Shown: piece by piece, positions 11,236 to 23,743 of the stretch | Numbering within the stretch: position 1 is the first letter of the stretch | How the letters are laid out: each line of letters opens with the position of its first letter | Assembly: GCF_006345805.1 (NCBI RefSeq) | Contig: NC_043001.1 | Coordinates: 17,980,001-18,044,000, forward strand | Direction: 5' to 3' | Length of the DNA stretch: 64,000 nt | Source: Octopus sinensis | Taxonomy: Eukaryota | Made by a program: the position numbers and the translations under genes | The notes under the pieces: model-generated | What the model was told of the DNA's origin: nothing | Database searches by the model: none | The model's input: the letters and a program-made list of their open reading frames with translations, nothing else

Positions 11236-11688
11236 TACTTATTTTATCGACTCATAAAAGGCTGAAAGGCAAAGTCGACCCCGGCCGAAGTTGAACTCAG
11301 AACGTAAACACTTTACATGAATTTAGCAATTGAAACTCTACGGAAAATACGTGACATTGGCTTCAAATTGGTAGACCAACCACCTTAAACTCCTGACTTG
11401 GTCCTCTCCGACTATCACCACTTTCCACAACTGAAGTAACATCTCAAAGGACCGAAATCTCATTCAGATTTGGAAGTGATCGCTGCTACAGAGGTCTGGT
11501 TGGAGCTCCAACCTTCGAGTTCTTTTTTACAGAGCTTACAAAAACTAAAGGACCACCGCAATAAGTGTGTAGATCTGAGAGAGGAAAATGTTGAAGAAAA
11601 TCATAATTAACTGATCCTCCTGTATTTTCTTTTACCCAAATCCAGGAACTTTTTAGAACCTCCTCGTGTATGTACATATATAGATATA

Positions 11689-12985
11689 TTAGGTCGTCAA
11701 GTCTGAAATTTGTTGAAAGGTATATGGTAAACTTTGACAGCTGCTCATTTTGCACCATTATTATTTTTTGGCAATCTTTATTTTTTGTTAAGAAAGCTGA
11801 CACTTCTATTTCTTTATTCTAACTGATTTTGTGCTTTAAAAAGTATTTATAAATCGTTTTTTGCTATTTTTGTTTAGAGATGGATAAGTCGGAAATTCGT
11901 ACAGTTTTGAAATATGAGTTCTTTCTTGGAAATACAACATCACAGACAGCTCGGAATATTAATGGAGTATTTCATTCTAATATTGTTACACAGCAGACAG
12001 TATCAAATTGGTTTGCAAAATTTCGTTCTGGTAATTTTGACCTCACAAATGAGCAATGCGGTCGACCAGAAACAAAGGTGGATAATGACGAACTGAAAGC
12101 CTCCGTCGAGTCAGATCCATCTCAAAGTGCCCGTGAATTATCGTTGTTATTTGGTGTTAGCAAGCAAACAATATTGACTCACCTAGTTCAGATTGATAAA
12201 GTGAAAAAGTTGGATAAATGGGTTACACATGAACTCGATGAAAATCAGAAACAGCAACGTTTGGAAGCCTGCATTATGCTACTGTCTCGTCACAAAAATG
12301 AATCATTTTTTGATCGAATTGTTACATGTAATAAGAAATGGATTCAATACAACAACCGTAAGCGTTCAGTAGAATGGTCGGACAAAGACGAGCCATCAAA
12401 ACACGGTCCAAAAAGCAAAATTCATCAAAAGACGCTGATGGTGTGTGTTTGGTGGTCTGGCGCTGGTGTGATCCATCATGGTTTCATTAAACTTGGCTCA
12501 TCAATCACGGCCAAAGTATGCGGCGGCCAACTGGACCAAATGATGCAGAAACTTACAAAAAAAAACCCCAGCTTAAATTAGTCAACAGATTCACTCCAAT
12601 TTTATTGCAAGACAACGCCAGAACACACATCGCAAAAGTGACATTGACGAAACTACAGGAATTGGAGTTGGAAGTTCTCCATCATCCACCGTACTCAACT
12701 GATCTTGCCCCCACTGACTACCACTTCTTCCAGAATTTGGATGATAACTTTTTGACAGGAAAAAATATCTAATTCCGTTGATACTGTAAAACAGGCCTTC
12801 CAAGATTTTATTGACTCTCGATTGCCAGGCTTTTACAGTTCCGGGCTGGACAAGCTACCGCTAAAATGGCAAAAGTGTATTGACAAGACGGGTGCATACT
12901 TTGATGAATAAAGTTATTCCGTGTATTTATAAAACATTAGCAAGCTATTTTTTCTTTTCTACAAATTTCATACTTGACGACCTAA
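11689..12985 (+). mobile_element. Full-length mariner transposon (1297 bp), non-functional
   Basis: 30-bp TIRs ttaggtcgtcaagt[c/a]tgaaatttgt[t/a]gaaa (28/30), TA TSDs at 11687-88 and 12986-87, and typical mariner length. Confidence 0.95.
11880..12911 (+). pseudogene. Mariner D,D34D transposase (Hsmar1/cecropia-like), two frameshifts
   Basis: WVTHEL, QDNA and YSTDLAPTDY motifs. The first catalytic Asp is lost (TCNKKW for TCDEKW). Frameshifts lie near 12560 (A/C runs) and 12770, and the C-terminus reads LPLKWQKCIDKTGAYFDE*. Confidence 0.92.
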
Positions 12986-12986
12986 T

Positions 12987-13020
<34 letters not shown>

Positions 13021-13119
13021 CATACATACATACATACATACATACATACATACATACATACATACATACATACATACAGAATGTGTGTGTGTGTGTGTAC
13101 TCTTTCACTAAACTAAACC

Positions 13120-14280
13120 TTCTCTGATATGTGGTATTTGGTAGATGAGGGCGTGTGATGCTGCCTTTATCTGAATTTCTTGCTGCGAGGTAGGTTCATC
13201 CGGAACTCTTGGCAGGAGGAGATCCATTTTTGTTTTAAAGACACCTACATCCACTTCTTGGGGGTCTCTCAGGCTTTGTGGGAGGATATTGAAGAGCTGT
13301 GGGTCCTTGAAACACAAGCAGTTGCAGTATGTGGTCTTGTATCCTCATAGAAATGTTGGGATTTTTGGCACAATGCCATGGTGCCCCCTTCCGCTGTCTG
13401 TGTAACTTACAATGCCAAAGTTAGGTACAAGTTCTTCTAAAAATTTTCCAGATGTATATTACTGCATAGCTCTCCCACATCCGTTCTAGGGAGTGGAGTC
13501 TTAACTTTTTCATCTTCTTTGTGTAGGATCACCGGATTGCTTCAAGTTCCGTCGTTAATTTTACACTGTGTGGTGACCATTGTTGAGAGCAGTAATCTAA
13601 ATGGTTGAGGACAAATATTCTCCAGATGTTTTTCTGTTCATGGTTTCCTCTCCTCTTGTTCTGAAAGTTCTAAGGAATCATCCGGCCAACCATCAGCATC
13701 TTATTGCCAACTTAGTAATATGCACCTGGAAAGATGCTCATTACTCATGTTGAGCACTGATTTTGCTTCAGGGATTGCAATTCTTCATGAGCCAGTGTAT
13801 CCTGTCTGTTTTGCATTCAGCTTTGTGCGTTGGTAGCACAGGGCTTGGAATTTTCCAGTATCAAACTGCTTGTTATTTTCCTCAGCTCACCTGTATATTG
13901 CGTCCAACTCCTGTTGCAGATGCGCAACATCGCAAGGGCTCTGCATCCTCTGAGAGACTCTTGCATAGCCAGCAAAGTGATAATCTGGGCAATTGGGAGG
14001 CATGAATAGCATTGACACCCAAGACAGTGCCCTGTGGGAAACCACTCGTTATTTGTGTTTCCTTGGAGGTGGCCCCGTTAGCCACCACTACCTGAACTCT
14101 TTTAAAAAGTCATGTAGCCATTCTTTAAGTTTTCCAACGATGCCGAGATCATGCAGCTTGCGACGTAGCATACGATAGTCGACTTTATCAAAGGTTTGTG
14201 CAAAGTCGAGATATATCACGTTATTTATTGTAAACGAGCAAAACAATGGACGGTGATGAATCATATCTCCTGAATAAAAA
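13120..14280 (-). mobile_element. Degraded CR1-clade LINE ORF2 fragment
   Basis: Minus-strand pieces YLDFAQTFDKVD, SGFPQGTVLG, YAVIYIWKILEELVPNFG and FKDPQLFNILPQSLRD...VPDEP. Confidence 0.85.
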
Positions 14281-14348
14281 GCAATCAGTGTTTTCTTTTC
14301 ATTAAAAAATAATTAAGTATGCCTTTATTTCAATAAAGGTTATAACGC

Positions 14349-14380
<32 letters not shown>

Positions 14381-14407
14381 TATATATATATTATATATAT
14401 ATATAAA

Positions 14408-14588
14408 CTCTCTTTTATTTGACTGTGGCCATGCTGGAGCACCGCCTTTACTCGAGTAAATCGACCCCAGCATTTATTCTTTGTAAGCCTAGTACTTATT
14501 CTATCGGTCTCTTTTACCGAACCGCTAGGTTACGGGGACGTAAACACACCACCATCTGTTGTCAAGCGATGTTGGGGAACAAACACAG

Positions 14589-14622
<34 letters not shown>

Positions 14623-14633
14623 CACACACACAC

Positions 14634-14688
<55 letters not shown>

Positions 14689-14793
14689 ATATGTATATGT
14701 ATATATTCCCTTCTTTCCTGAGCGTCCAATAATACTTTATTTGTTCCACATCCTTGCGTTGTTGTCTTTTTGTTTTCTTGTTTGGATTAACAT

Positions 14794-14825
<32 letters not shown>

Positions 14826-14950
14826 TACGACAGGCTATTTTCAGTTTCTGTCTACCAAATCTACTCACAAGGCTTTGATCGGTCTGAGGCTATAGTAGAA
14901 GAAACTTGCCCAAGGTGCCACGCAGTGAGAATGAACTCAGAACCATGTGG
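14408..14950 (-). mobile_element. SINE family A (interrupted)
   Basis: Tail at 14408-14640 and head at 14828-14950, around microsatellites. Confidence 0.75.
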
Positions 14951-15050
14951 TATATATATGTACATTCACACACATATGTCCGTGTGATTTGTATGCAATG
15001 TACATATATAGAGAGAGAGTGGGCGAGAAATAATTATATATAGATAAACA

Positions 15051-15437
15051 TAGGTGCAGGAGTGGCTGTGTGGTAAGTAGCTTGCTTACCAACCACATGG
15101 TTCCAGTTTCATTTCACTGCGTGTCACCTTGGGCAAGTATCTTCCACTATAGCCTCGAGCCGACCAAAGCCTTGTGAGTGGATTTGGTTGATGGAAATTG
15201 AAAGAAGCCCATTGTATATATGTATATGTGTGTGTGTGTTGTGTGTCTGTGTTTGTCCCCCAACATCGCTTGATAACCGATGCTAGTGTGTTTATGTCCC
15301 CATAACTTAGCGGTTCGGCAAAAGAGACCGATAGAATAAGTACTAGGCTTACAAAGAAGAAGTCCTGGGTCGATTTGCTTGACTAAAGGCAGTGCTCCAT
15401 CATGGCCGCAATCAAATGACTGAAAAAGTAAAAGAGT
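15051..15437 (+). mobile_element. SINE family A
   Basis: Complete head-to-tail match. Confidence 0.85.
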
Positions 15438-15699
15438 ATGCATACACACACATTCACTAGCTTTCTTATATAGGGGTGTAATGCTCTTAGCTAAGACTTT
15501 TGGGTGGGGGGCAACCAGATCAAACCATCTCAAGTGTAACTGCCCGAAATAGTTGTGATTTCTGGAACTTGATTGAGGAAATAAAGTCACGAATGACCCA
15601 TTTTTCTTTGCTTGTCCTTCTATTTTTTATTTGTCTTCTCTGCCTTTGTATCATCTATCTGTCCAAATGTTTTAATGTCTTCTATTGTATTTTTGTACC

Positions 15700-15702
15700 A
15701 TA

Positions 15703-15758
<56 letters not shown>

Positions 15759-15771
15759 ATATATAATATAT

Positions 15772-15860
<89 letters not shown>
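15700..15860. repeat. (TA)n microsatellite
   Basis: Direct reading. Confidence 0.95.
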
Positions 15861-15864
<4 letters not shown>

Positions 15865-16202
15865 CACCTAACAGGTGATATAAAACCCAAACAATTCACA
15901 AGGTTCGCCAGAACTGTCCAGCGGACACCGACCAAAAGTCATCACAGTTACTCAAAGTAAAATCTAAAATGAATTCCTCGCTCTTTCAAGAACATCAATT
16001 CTTTATATTGACTGCATATCACCACTTTGAAATATTTTTTATATTGAATGCATATGACCACTATGAACCACTGCATCATACTCTTTAAACATATAGCATG
16101 AACTCACTTCACTATATATGAACTTTTGATGTCTGGCTCTATTGTATATTATAAATGATTTTTTTATATTTGATAGCATGAACTATCTTTTTTATATATA
16201 AC

Positions 16203-16250
16203 TTTTTTTGATAAGGTTCATCATTTCAAGAAACGAAACATGTTAAATAA
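16203..16250 (+). ncRNA. Degenerate minimal hammerhead-like motif (probable Penelope-like element remnant)
   Basis: ttgataa core (U3:A8), helix II ggttc/gaaac with one mismatch, gaaa, palindromic acatgt helix III, GUU site. Helix I is weak (ttttt/aaataa). Confidence 0.4.
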
Positions 16251-16332
16251 ATAATGTATATATAAAAATTAAAAATTTGTCTAATATAGCAGCATTTTCG
16301 AACTTCATTTTTTACAAATATATATATATTAT

Positions 16333-17235
16333 GCCCCTGGGAGCTCCCCTATGCTGATGACCTTGCTCTAATTGCTGAGTCACTATCAGAACTAGAGGAG
16401 AAGTTTCAGATGTTGAAGCAAGGATTAGAATCGAAGGGCCTTAGAGTTAACCTAGCTAAAACCAAAGTCCTGTAAGAAGGTAGACAAACCACAAACCCTT
16501 GCTCGATCTGTAGAAAAGGCGTGGTAGAAACTCCATAAGATGTACCCAGTGTAAGCTATGGACACATAAGATGTGCAGCAATATCAAAGGAAGGCTAACT
16601 AGGAAGATAGTTTTTGTATGTGGCAGATGCTCTGGAGCAATAAATAACACTGAAAATCTGCAGAAAACAACTTCTGCTACATTCCAGGGAGAAAAACTAG
16701 AAGCAGTTGATAGCTTCCGTTACCTAGGTGACCAAGTCAGTAGCGGGGGAGGGCACGCTGAAAGTGTAACTGCTAGAATAAGAATAGCGTGGGCAAAGTT
16801 CAGAGAGCTCTTACCTCTGCTGGTGACAAAGGGCCTCGCGCTCAGAGTAAAAGGCAGACTGTATGACGCATGTGTACGAACAGCCATGCTACATGGCAGT
16901 GAAACATGGGCCGTGACTGCTGAGGATATGTGTAAGCTTCCAAGAAATGAAGCCAGTATTCTCCAATGGATATGTAATGTCAGTGTACATACTCGACAGA
17001 GTGTAAGTACCTTGAGAGAAAAGTTGGACCTAAGAAGCATCAGTTGTGGTGTGCAAGAGAGACGATTGCGCTGGTATGGTCATGTGGCGAGAATGGATGA
17101 GGATAGCTGTGTGAAAACGTACCACACCCTAGCGATTGAGGGAACCTGTGGAAGAGGTAGACCCTGGAAGACCTGGGATGAGGTGGTGAAGCACGACCTT
17201 TGAACATTAGGCCTCGCCGAGGCAATGACTAGTTA
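16333..17235 (+). mobile_element. 5'-truncated RTE-clade LINE ORF2 fragment (RT C-terminal half with inserted Cys/His finger)
   Basis: PWELPYADDLALIAES, FRYLG, MLHGSETW, RLRWYGHVARM and GRGRPWKTW are RTE-typical motifs. Frameshifts lie near 16470-16530. Confidence 0.9.
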
Positions 17236-17825
17236 TTTAATAATTTATCAGAATTCGCTCATTTCTTCCCCAAATTTCACATTACTACATTACGGAAGTC
17301 TACAAATTAAAATCTAATGCTTATAGCTAATACAGCTCATTTACATAATCGTATATGATTAACAGACCGATAATAATTGTTAATTGCTTTTGTCTACAGA
17401 ATTGTGCTTTCGGGTTGCTGATATACTTAAGAAAAGTATAGACGGCGATCTCATATCTCTTGCATCCCGCGGTGTCTTTGATCTTGCTCTCTATGAAGTA
17501 AATCGTTATTTTCACATTTGCTCCCAAACAATATTTCTTTACAGAAAAATATGAATAACAGAAATAAACATTGAATAATTATTCCATTCATTGTTTCATG
17601 CTCGACTGAATTACCATTAGACAATTTCTTAAAGAATAATAAGTTGTTTGTATCCAAGTGCTTCAGAAGATTCGAAAAATCTCCATTCTAAGGTTGCATA
17701 ACATACGGCAAGGTACATAGAGTTTATCAGAACCACAACTGAATGTAGCCAATTAGGGTATATTCCAAATATAACGTTACTGACTTAAACTAACATTTTT
17801 AAACAGAGTAGACAACAAATGTTGG

Positions 17826-18210
17826 TGGGAGTGACTGTGTGGTAAGTATCTTGCTTACGAACCACATGGTTCCGAATTCAGTCCCACTTCGCGGCACCTT
17901 GGGCAAGTGTCTTCTACTATAGCTTCGGGCCGACCCAAACTTTGTGAGTGGATTTGGTAGATGGAAACAGAAAGAAGCCCGTTGTATATATGAATATATA
18001 TGTATATATATGTATGTGTGTATCTTTGTGTGTCTGTGTTTGTCCCCCCAATATCACTTGACAACATCCCAGTAACTTAGAGGTTCGGCAAAAGAGACCG
18101 ATAGAATAAGTACAAAGAATAAGTCCTGGGGGTCGATTTGCTCGATTAAAGGCAGTGCTCCAGCATGGCCACAATCACATGACTGAAACAAGTAAAAGAA
18201 TAAAAGAGTA
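17826..18210 (+). mobile_element. SINE family A
   Basis: Head, TA/TG tract and tail. Confidence 0.85.
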
Positions 18211-18253
18211 AATATACGCGCGCGCGCGTCTGTTTGTGCGTGTGTGTATAACA

Positions 18254-18375
18254 CTCACAAGGCTTTGGTCTGTCCGAGACTATAGTAGAAGACACTTGCC
18301 CAAGGTGCCATGCAGTGGGACTGAACCTGGACCCATGTGGTTGGGAAACAAGCTTCTTACCACACAGCCACTCCA
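18254..18375 (-). mobile_element. SINE family A head fragment
   Basis: Reverse complement of the family A 5' part. Confidence 0.75.
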
Positions 18376-18409
18376 GCGTTTTTTTGTTGTTTTTTTCTTC
18401 TACTGGTAA

Positions 18410-18612
18410 CACAAGGTCTGAAATTTGAAGGTAGGGACGGGGCGGGGCTATTTGATTACCCATCGACCTCATTATTTGACTGGTACTTGTTTTATCGGCC
18501 CTGAAAGAATGAAAGGCAAACTTGACCTCGGCGGAATTTGAACTCAAATTAAACGTAAAGCCGGAAGAAATGCGACTAAACATTTTGTCCGGGCGTGCTG
18601 TCAAAATGTATT
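18410..18612 (-). mobile_element. SINE family B (older variant)
   Basis: gaatgaaaggcaaacttgacctcggcggaatttgaactc. Confidence 0.75.
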
Positions 18613-18709
18613 CTGCCATCTCACCGTCTTTTGTCCGATGAAGACATTTTGGTTTTCTTTGTTTTTTGTTGTTGCTGTTTGTTTGTTTGTTGAGCGAAGC
18701 GGTCTTCGT

Positions 18710-19043
18710 CGGGAGAAGTCCGAAACGTGGTCCTTTGCTATTCGTAAGACCCACAGAAGAGAAAACAGGTCAACCCCCGACACCGAGAGCATCGACGGAT
18801 GGATGAATGCGCATCCAGGCTCAGCGGTTGCGTAGGAAGTCGGGGACAAGAAACAGGAAGAAAGAGTGAGAGAAAGTTGGAGCGAAAGAGTACAACAGGG
18901 GGTCGCCACCACCCCCGGCCGGAGCCTCGTGGAGCTTTAGGTGTTTTCGCTCAATAAACACACACAATGCCCGGTCTGGGAATCGAAACCACGATCCTCC
19001 GACCGCGAGTCCGCTGCCCTAACCACTGGGCCATTGCGCCTCC
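18710..19043 (-). mobile_element. SINE family C, tail type 3
   Basis: Nearly identical to 31215..31540. Confidence 0.85.
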
Positions 19044-19789
19044 ACTGTTGTTACTGTTCTTTTATGGTTTTTTTTTTTTTGCTTTGTATTATTTTTAAAA
19101 TTTTATATTTTGTTCTGTTTTATCAAGGATTTGTTCTATCTTAACAGCATTGTACAAAAGATCAGAATAAGATGTAGGCTTCAGAAAGCCATTTTAGTAA
19201 AAATATTATATGTATCTGTATATGCGAGCGTGTGTGTATGTGTGTGTGCGTACACAAACATACAGTATACAAATTCCTAAATACATTTATATCGAAACTT
19301 TGTTTTACATATATTCCGAATATAATATTTCATTCCTAGACAGGAGACATTACAAACTCTAGTTTGAATTCTTGATATCACCCAATAACAGAATATTAAT
19401 AATTCTCTTTCTTTTTTTTCTTCTTTTATTAATATTTGAACGATATATTTTTACGATGAAACATCAATTCTTGTTTGAAAGATAACGCAGCATTAAGTTC
19501 AAATGAAAAGCAACAACAAAAATTCTTAGTTTTAATAAAGAGATACAAGACCATAATTGGATTTTAAAACCAAAACCTATTGGATCGTGAGCGGAAAATC
19601 ATGCAACCAAACTAAATACATGACCGACAGCTATAAGTAATAATTCCTAGACAAAAATTGTAAATAACTGTTTTTAAAAATTTGGTCAAATGTTAACGGA
19701 ATTTAAGGGTTTCTGGCATCTGAATCGATGAAACGTTACAACAGTCAAGGCGCTATGTCTGAATTGCAGTAAATCCTGGAAAATTGATG

Positions 19790-20280
19790 CCATGGCTATT
19801 TTTGAATGCATTATTGCTGTTGTGGAGGCGCGTGGCCCAGGAAGCAATGCAATCCCAGAGTTAGAATCGGTGCGTGATCTGGAAATCCATATGAATAATG
19901 GTGCAACATTCCATGTACATATTACCAAGATGGCAGCATTGTGCAGGTGGGTAACTGGATGAATTCTTAAATCATTGAGAGCCAGAAGCAACAATAAGGA
20001 CTCTTGTTCTCGGTCGTTTGGGTTCCTGCTTCTAAATGTGGTCGCCGCAGAGCGTCAAATTGGTGGCGAAACTTGAGACAATCCAGTGCCGCTACACAAG
20101 GAAGAATGACTCGGTGTAACAGATGAGCTACTGGGAGAGGCTACGAGCATTAAAACTCTACTCATTAGAGAGAAAGCAGGAAAGATATGCAGTGATATAT
20201 ATTTGGAAGATCTAGGAGGGTCTAGCTCCCAGCTTTGGAATTAAAAGCGACACCAGTCACCGAACTGGACGGTACTGCAT
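19790..20280 (+). mobile_element. Degraded CR1-clade LINE ORF2 C-terminal fragment
   Basis: ESVRDLEIHM, YWERLRALKLYSLERKQERYAVIYIWKI; same family as 13120..14280. Confidence 0.8.
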
Positions 20281-20672
20281 ACTCTTTACTCTTTTACTCT
20301 TTTACTTGTTTCAGTTATTTGACTGCGGCCATGCTGGAGCACCGCCTTTAATCGAGCAACTCGACTCCGGGACTTATTCTTTTGTAAGCCTAGTACTTAT
20401 TCTATCGGTCTCTTTTGCCGAACCGCTAAGTAACGGGGACATAAACACACCAGCATCGGTTGTCAAGCAATGCTACGGGGACAAACACAGACACACACGC
20501 ATATATATATACATATATACGACGGGCTTCTTCCAGTTTCGTCTACCAAATCTACTCACAAGGCTTTGGTCGGCCCGAGGCTATAGTAGAAGACACTTGC
20601 CCAAGGTGCCACGCAGTGGGACTGAACCCAAAACCATGTGGTTGGTAAACAAGCTACTTACCACACAGCCAC
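20281..20672 (-). mobile_element. SINE family A
   Basis: Complete, reverse orientation. Confidence 0.88.
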
Positions 20673-21254
20673 TGCATGATAATAAAGATTTCATCTTCTT
20701 CATGTCGGATAAGGACCCAGTACTGCAACAGCTTGGGTTTCAGAGGACCACAATTGTATTAACATCTGGCCAAACAAAGTCAGAGATTTGCGAAGTGCAG
20801 TTGTGGAAATCTTCAAAAAGCACCTGCACAAATTTCTACCTGAAATGGCAGGTCAACCCACATCGCGATAGGAGGCACAAAGAAGAGCAGATCCGTCTAA
20901 CTCGCTTCTTCACCAAAAACAGTGCAGAAAGGACACCAGTTAGGCACTGGGGTCGATATAATCGACTATCCTCCCCCACAAAATTTTCAGGCCTTGTGCC
21001 TACAGTAAAAAGGGTTATCCAACAGCAATACATTTCATACTGACAGGGTAACCAAAGGTGGAAGGAGAGTACATTGGCCAGCTAGGTACACTCGCACTTA
21101 TATTTTTATTAAAACACAAACAAAAAAATTATTACTTTTTATAGTTTTCAGGAAAAAAAGAGAAAACGATTTGCAGAACTTTGCATTTTCTATGAACCTT
21201 TCATTGTTGCGTGGACATTTTTTCAACAAACAGACAGATAAATAGTTCGATCGA

Positions 21255-21575
21255 TAGATATGTTTCTTTATTAGCCACACAGGGCTGCACACAGACAGGA
21301 CAAATTACAAGGTAGAGCTTTCCTTTTGGGGGTAAAAGAAGGGGGTTTGGTTTTCGATCGAAAGGGATCGTAAAAGGAAAGAAAGAGGACAAAAAAAGGG
21401 GGGGATAAAATAAAATTTTTAAAAAAGGGGGGGCGGAATTAGATCAATAGGGATCGTTATCACAGAAATGTCAATATGAAGTGTAAAGGGGAGGACAGGT
21501 GAGGTTTACCCGTAGAAAGAAAAGCCTAAGGAAAAGACCACGGTAACCTCGTCAATGAAGTCACATGTTATATTT
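21255..21575 (-). mobile_element. 3' UTR fragment of the Tx1-like LINE family seen at 24995..26042
   Basis: Reverse complement of 25770..26042 (...gaggttaccgtggtctttt...gtgtgcagccctgtgtggctaataaagaaacatatc). Confidence 0.8.
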
Positions 21576-21603
21576 CTTTTTTTTTTGCAAATAAAAAAAA
21601 ATC

Positions 21604-21635
<32 letters not shown>

Positions 21636-21636
<1 letters not shown>

Positions 21637-22026
21637 TGCTGTGTGGTAAGTAGCTTGCTTACCAACCACATGGTTCCGGGTTCAGTCTCAATGCGTGGCA
21701 CCTTGGGCAAGTCTCTTCTACTATAGCCTCGGGCCGACCAAAACCTTGAGAGTGGATTTGGTAGACGGAAACTGAAAGAAGCCCGTCGTATATATGTATA
21801 TATATGTATATATATGTATGTGTGTGTGTATGTGTTTGTCCTCCCAACATCACTTGACAACCGATGCTGGTGTGTTCACGTCCCCGTAACTTAGCGGTTT
21901 GGCAGAATAAGTACTAGGCTTACAAAGAATAAGTCCTGGGGTCGATTTGCTCGACCAAAAGGCGGTGCTCCAGCATGGCCACAGTCACATGACTGAAACA
22001 AATAAAAGAGTAAAAGAATAAAAAGA
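21636..22026 (+). mobile_element. SINE family A
   Basis: Head to tail match. Confidence 0.85.
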
Positions 22027-22028
22027 GT

Positions 22029-22069
<41 letters not shown>

Positions 22070-22217
22070 CTGATTGACTGATACCTTTTCAATACTGTCT
22101 ATGTGGATTTTCATCTAAAAAAATTAAATGTTTAAGAAAAATATACAATTTCATCCCACAATTTTCAAAATAACTGTGGTATTTCCACGAGCACTTCATG
22201 CCAGGATATCAAAGAAC

Positions 22218-22865
22218 CAAGTGTGGCTCTGCAGTTAAGAAGATCATGCTGCAACTACGTGGTTTCGGGTTCAATCCTATACAGGCACCTTGAGTAAAGG
22301 GGTAAGTGTCTCTTACAAGAGCACCGGGCCTACCAATGCATCTTATAGATGGAAACTTTGTAGAAGCCCATTGTGTGTGTGTGTGTGTGTGGTGTGTGTG
22401 TGTGTGTGTGTGTGTCTTAGTATTTAGCCTTGCCACTGCTTGACAACCGGTGTTGGTTTGTTTATGTTCTCGTAACCTAGCGGTTCGGCAATAGAAATCA
22501 GGAGTGCAAGTATCAGATGGTACTATTTAAGAAAAGTGGTCCCGGTGCGCGCACTCGCGTACTCGCGCATCCGCACTAGCTAGTCGTGACTAGTCGATCC
22601 TTACTTTGTGTTTTTGCGTTTTATTTACTTTGTTTTAAAAAATTATCTATTTTGTGTTTTATTTACTTTGCTAGGTAGTCGTTGTAGGATCGACTAGTTA
22701 CGACTAGCTAGCGCGGATGCACGAGTACGCGACACCGGGACCACTCTTCTTAAATAGTACCGTTTCAGATTTTAAAATATGCCCTGGGAGCGATTTGTTC
22801 GAGCAAATGCTTTAACACGGTGCCCCAGCTTGGCCGCAGTTCAATGAGAAAATCAAGTAGAAAAA
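22218..22865 (+). mobile_element. Old SINE family A-related copy, interrupted by a MITE
   Basis: Diverged head, (TG)n tract, and tail split at 22518/22762. Confidence 0.7.
22519..22761. mobile_element. 243-bp MITE with ~80-bp TIRs, GG..CC ends and 9-bp TSD (Merlin- or Mutator-like)
   Basis: ggtactatttaagaa[a/g]agtggtcccggtg...gatcct at both ends, with TSD gtatcagat / gtttcagat (8/9). Confidence 0.85.
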
Positions 22866-23005
22866 AAAAGATAAAAGAGATTCACCCATTAGTTTCCAGT
22901 ATTACTATTAATAATAATCCTTTCTACTATAGGCAAAAAAACCTGACAGTTCTGGTAGACTAAGCGATTATATCGACCCCAGTTAATAACTGGTACTTAT
23001 TTTAT

Positions 23006-23410
23006 AAAGGCGGTGAGCTGGCAGAAACGTTAGCACGCCGGGCGAAATGCGTAGCCGTATTTCGTCTACCGCTACTTTCTGTGTTCAATTTCCGCCGAGG
23101 TCGACTTTGCCTTTCATCCTTTTGGGGTCGTTTAAATAAGTACCAGTTACACATTGGGTTCAATATAATCGACTTAATCCGTCTGTCTGTCCCTTCTATA
23201 TTTAGCCCCTTGTGGGTAGTAAAGAAATAGGTATTTCGTCCGCCGCTACGTTCTGAGTTCAAATTCCGCCGAGGTCGACTTTGCCTTTCATCCTTTCGGG
23301 GTCGATAAATTAAGTACCAGTTTCGCACTGGGGTCGATCTAATCGACTTACTCCCTTTGTCTGTCCTTGTTTGTCCCCTCTATGTTTAGCCCCAGAGGGC
23401 AGTAAGGAGA
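23006..23410 (+). mobile_element. SINE family B dimer
   Basis: Tail-to-head junction at ~23234. Confidence 0.85.
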
Positions 23411-23670
23411 TATATATTAATAATAATCCTTTCTACTATAGGCAAAAAGACCTAAAAGTTTCGGTAGACTAAGCGATTACATCGACCTCAGTTAATAACT
23501 GGTACTTATTTTATTCACCCGAAAATACTAAGAAGCGAAGTCGACCTCGGCGACATGTCAACATAGAACGTAAAACCAGACAAGAATGCCACTAAACAAT
23601 CTGTCAGGGACGGTAACAAGTCTGCAAGCTTAAAGGTTATTACTATTATTAATGAATAATGCAAGAGAGT

Positions 23671-23743
23671 GGGGAATTAGCTCAGATGGTAGAGCGCTCG
23701 CTTAGCATGCGAGAGGTACCGGGATCGATGCCCGGATTCTCCA
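23671..23743 (+). tRNA. tRNA-Ala-AGC: tRNA-Ala(AGC)
   Basis: 73-nt cloverleaf with acceptor GGGGAAT/ATTCTCC (G3:U70), anticodon AGC at 23704-06, and ATCG T-loop typical of eukaryotic tRNA-Ala. Confidence 0.95.

Noticed and set aside
20306-21043. 245-aa ORF
   Set aside because: The first half is an antisense SINE A, and the remainder has no recognisable motif.
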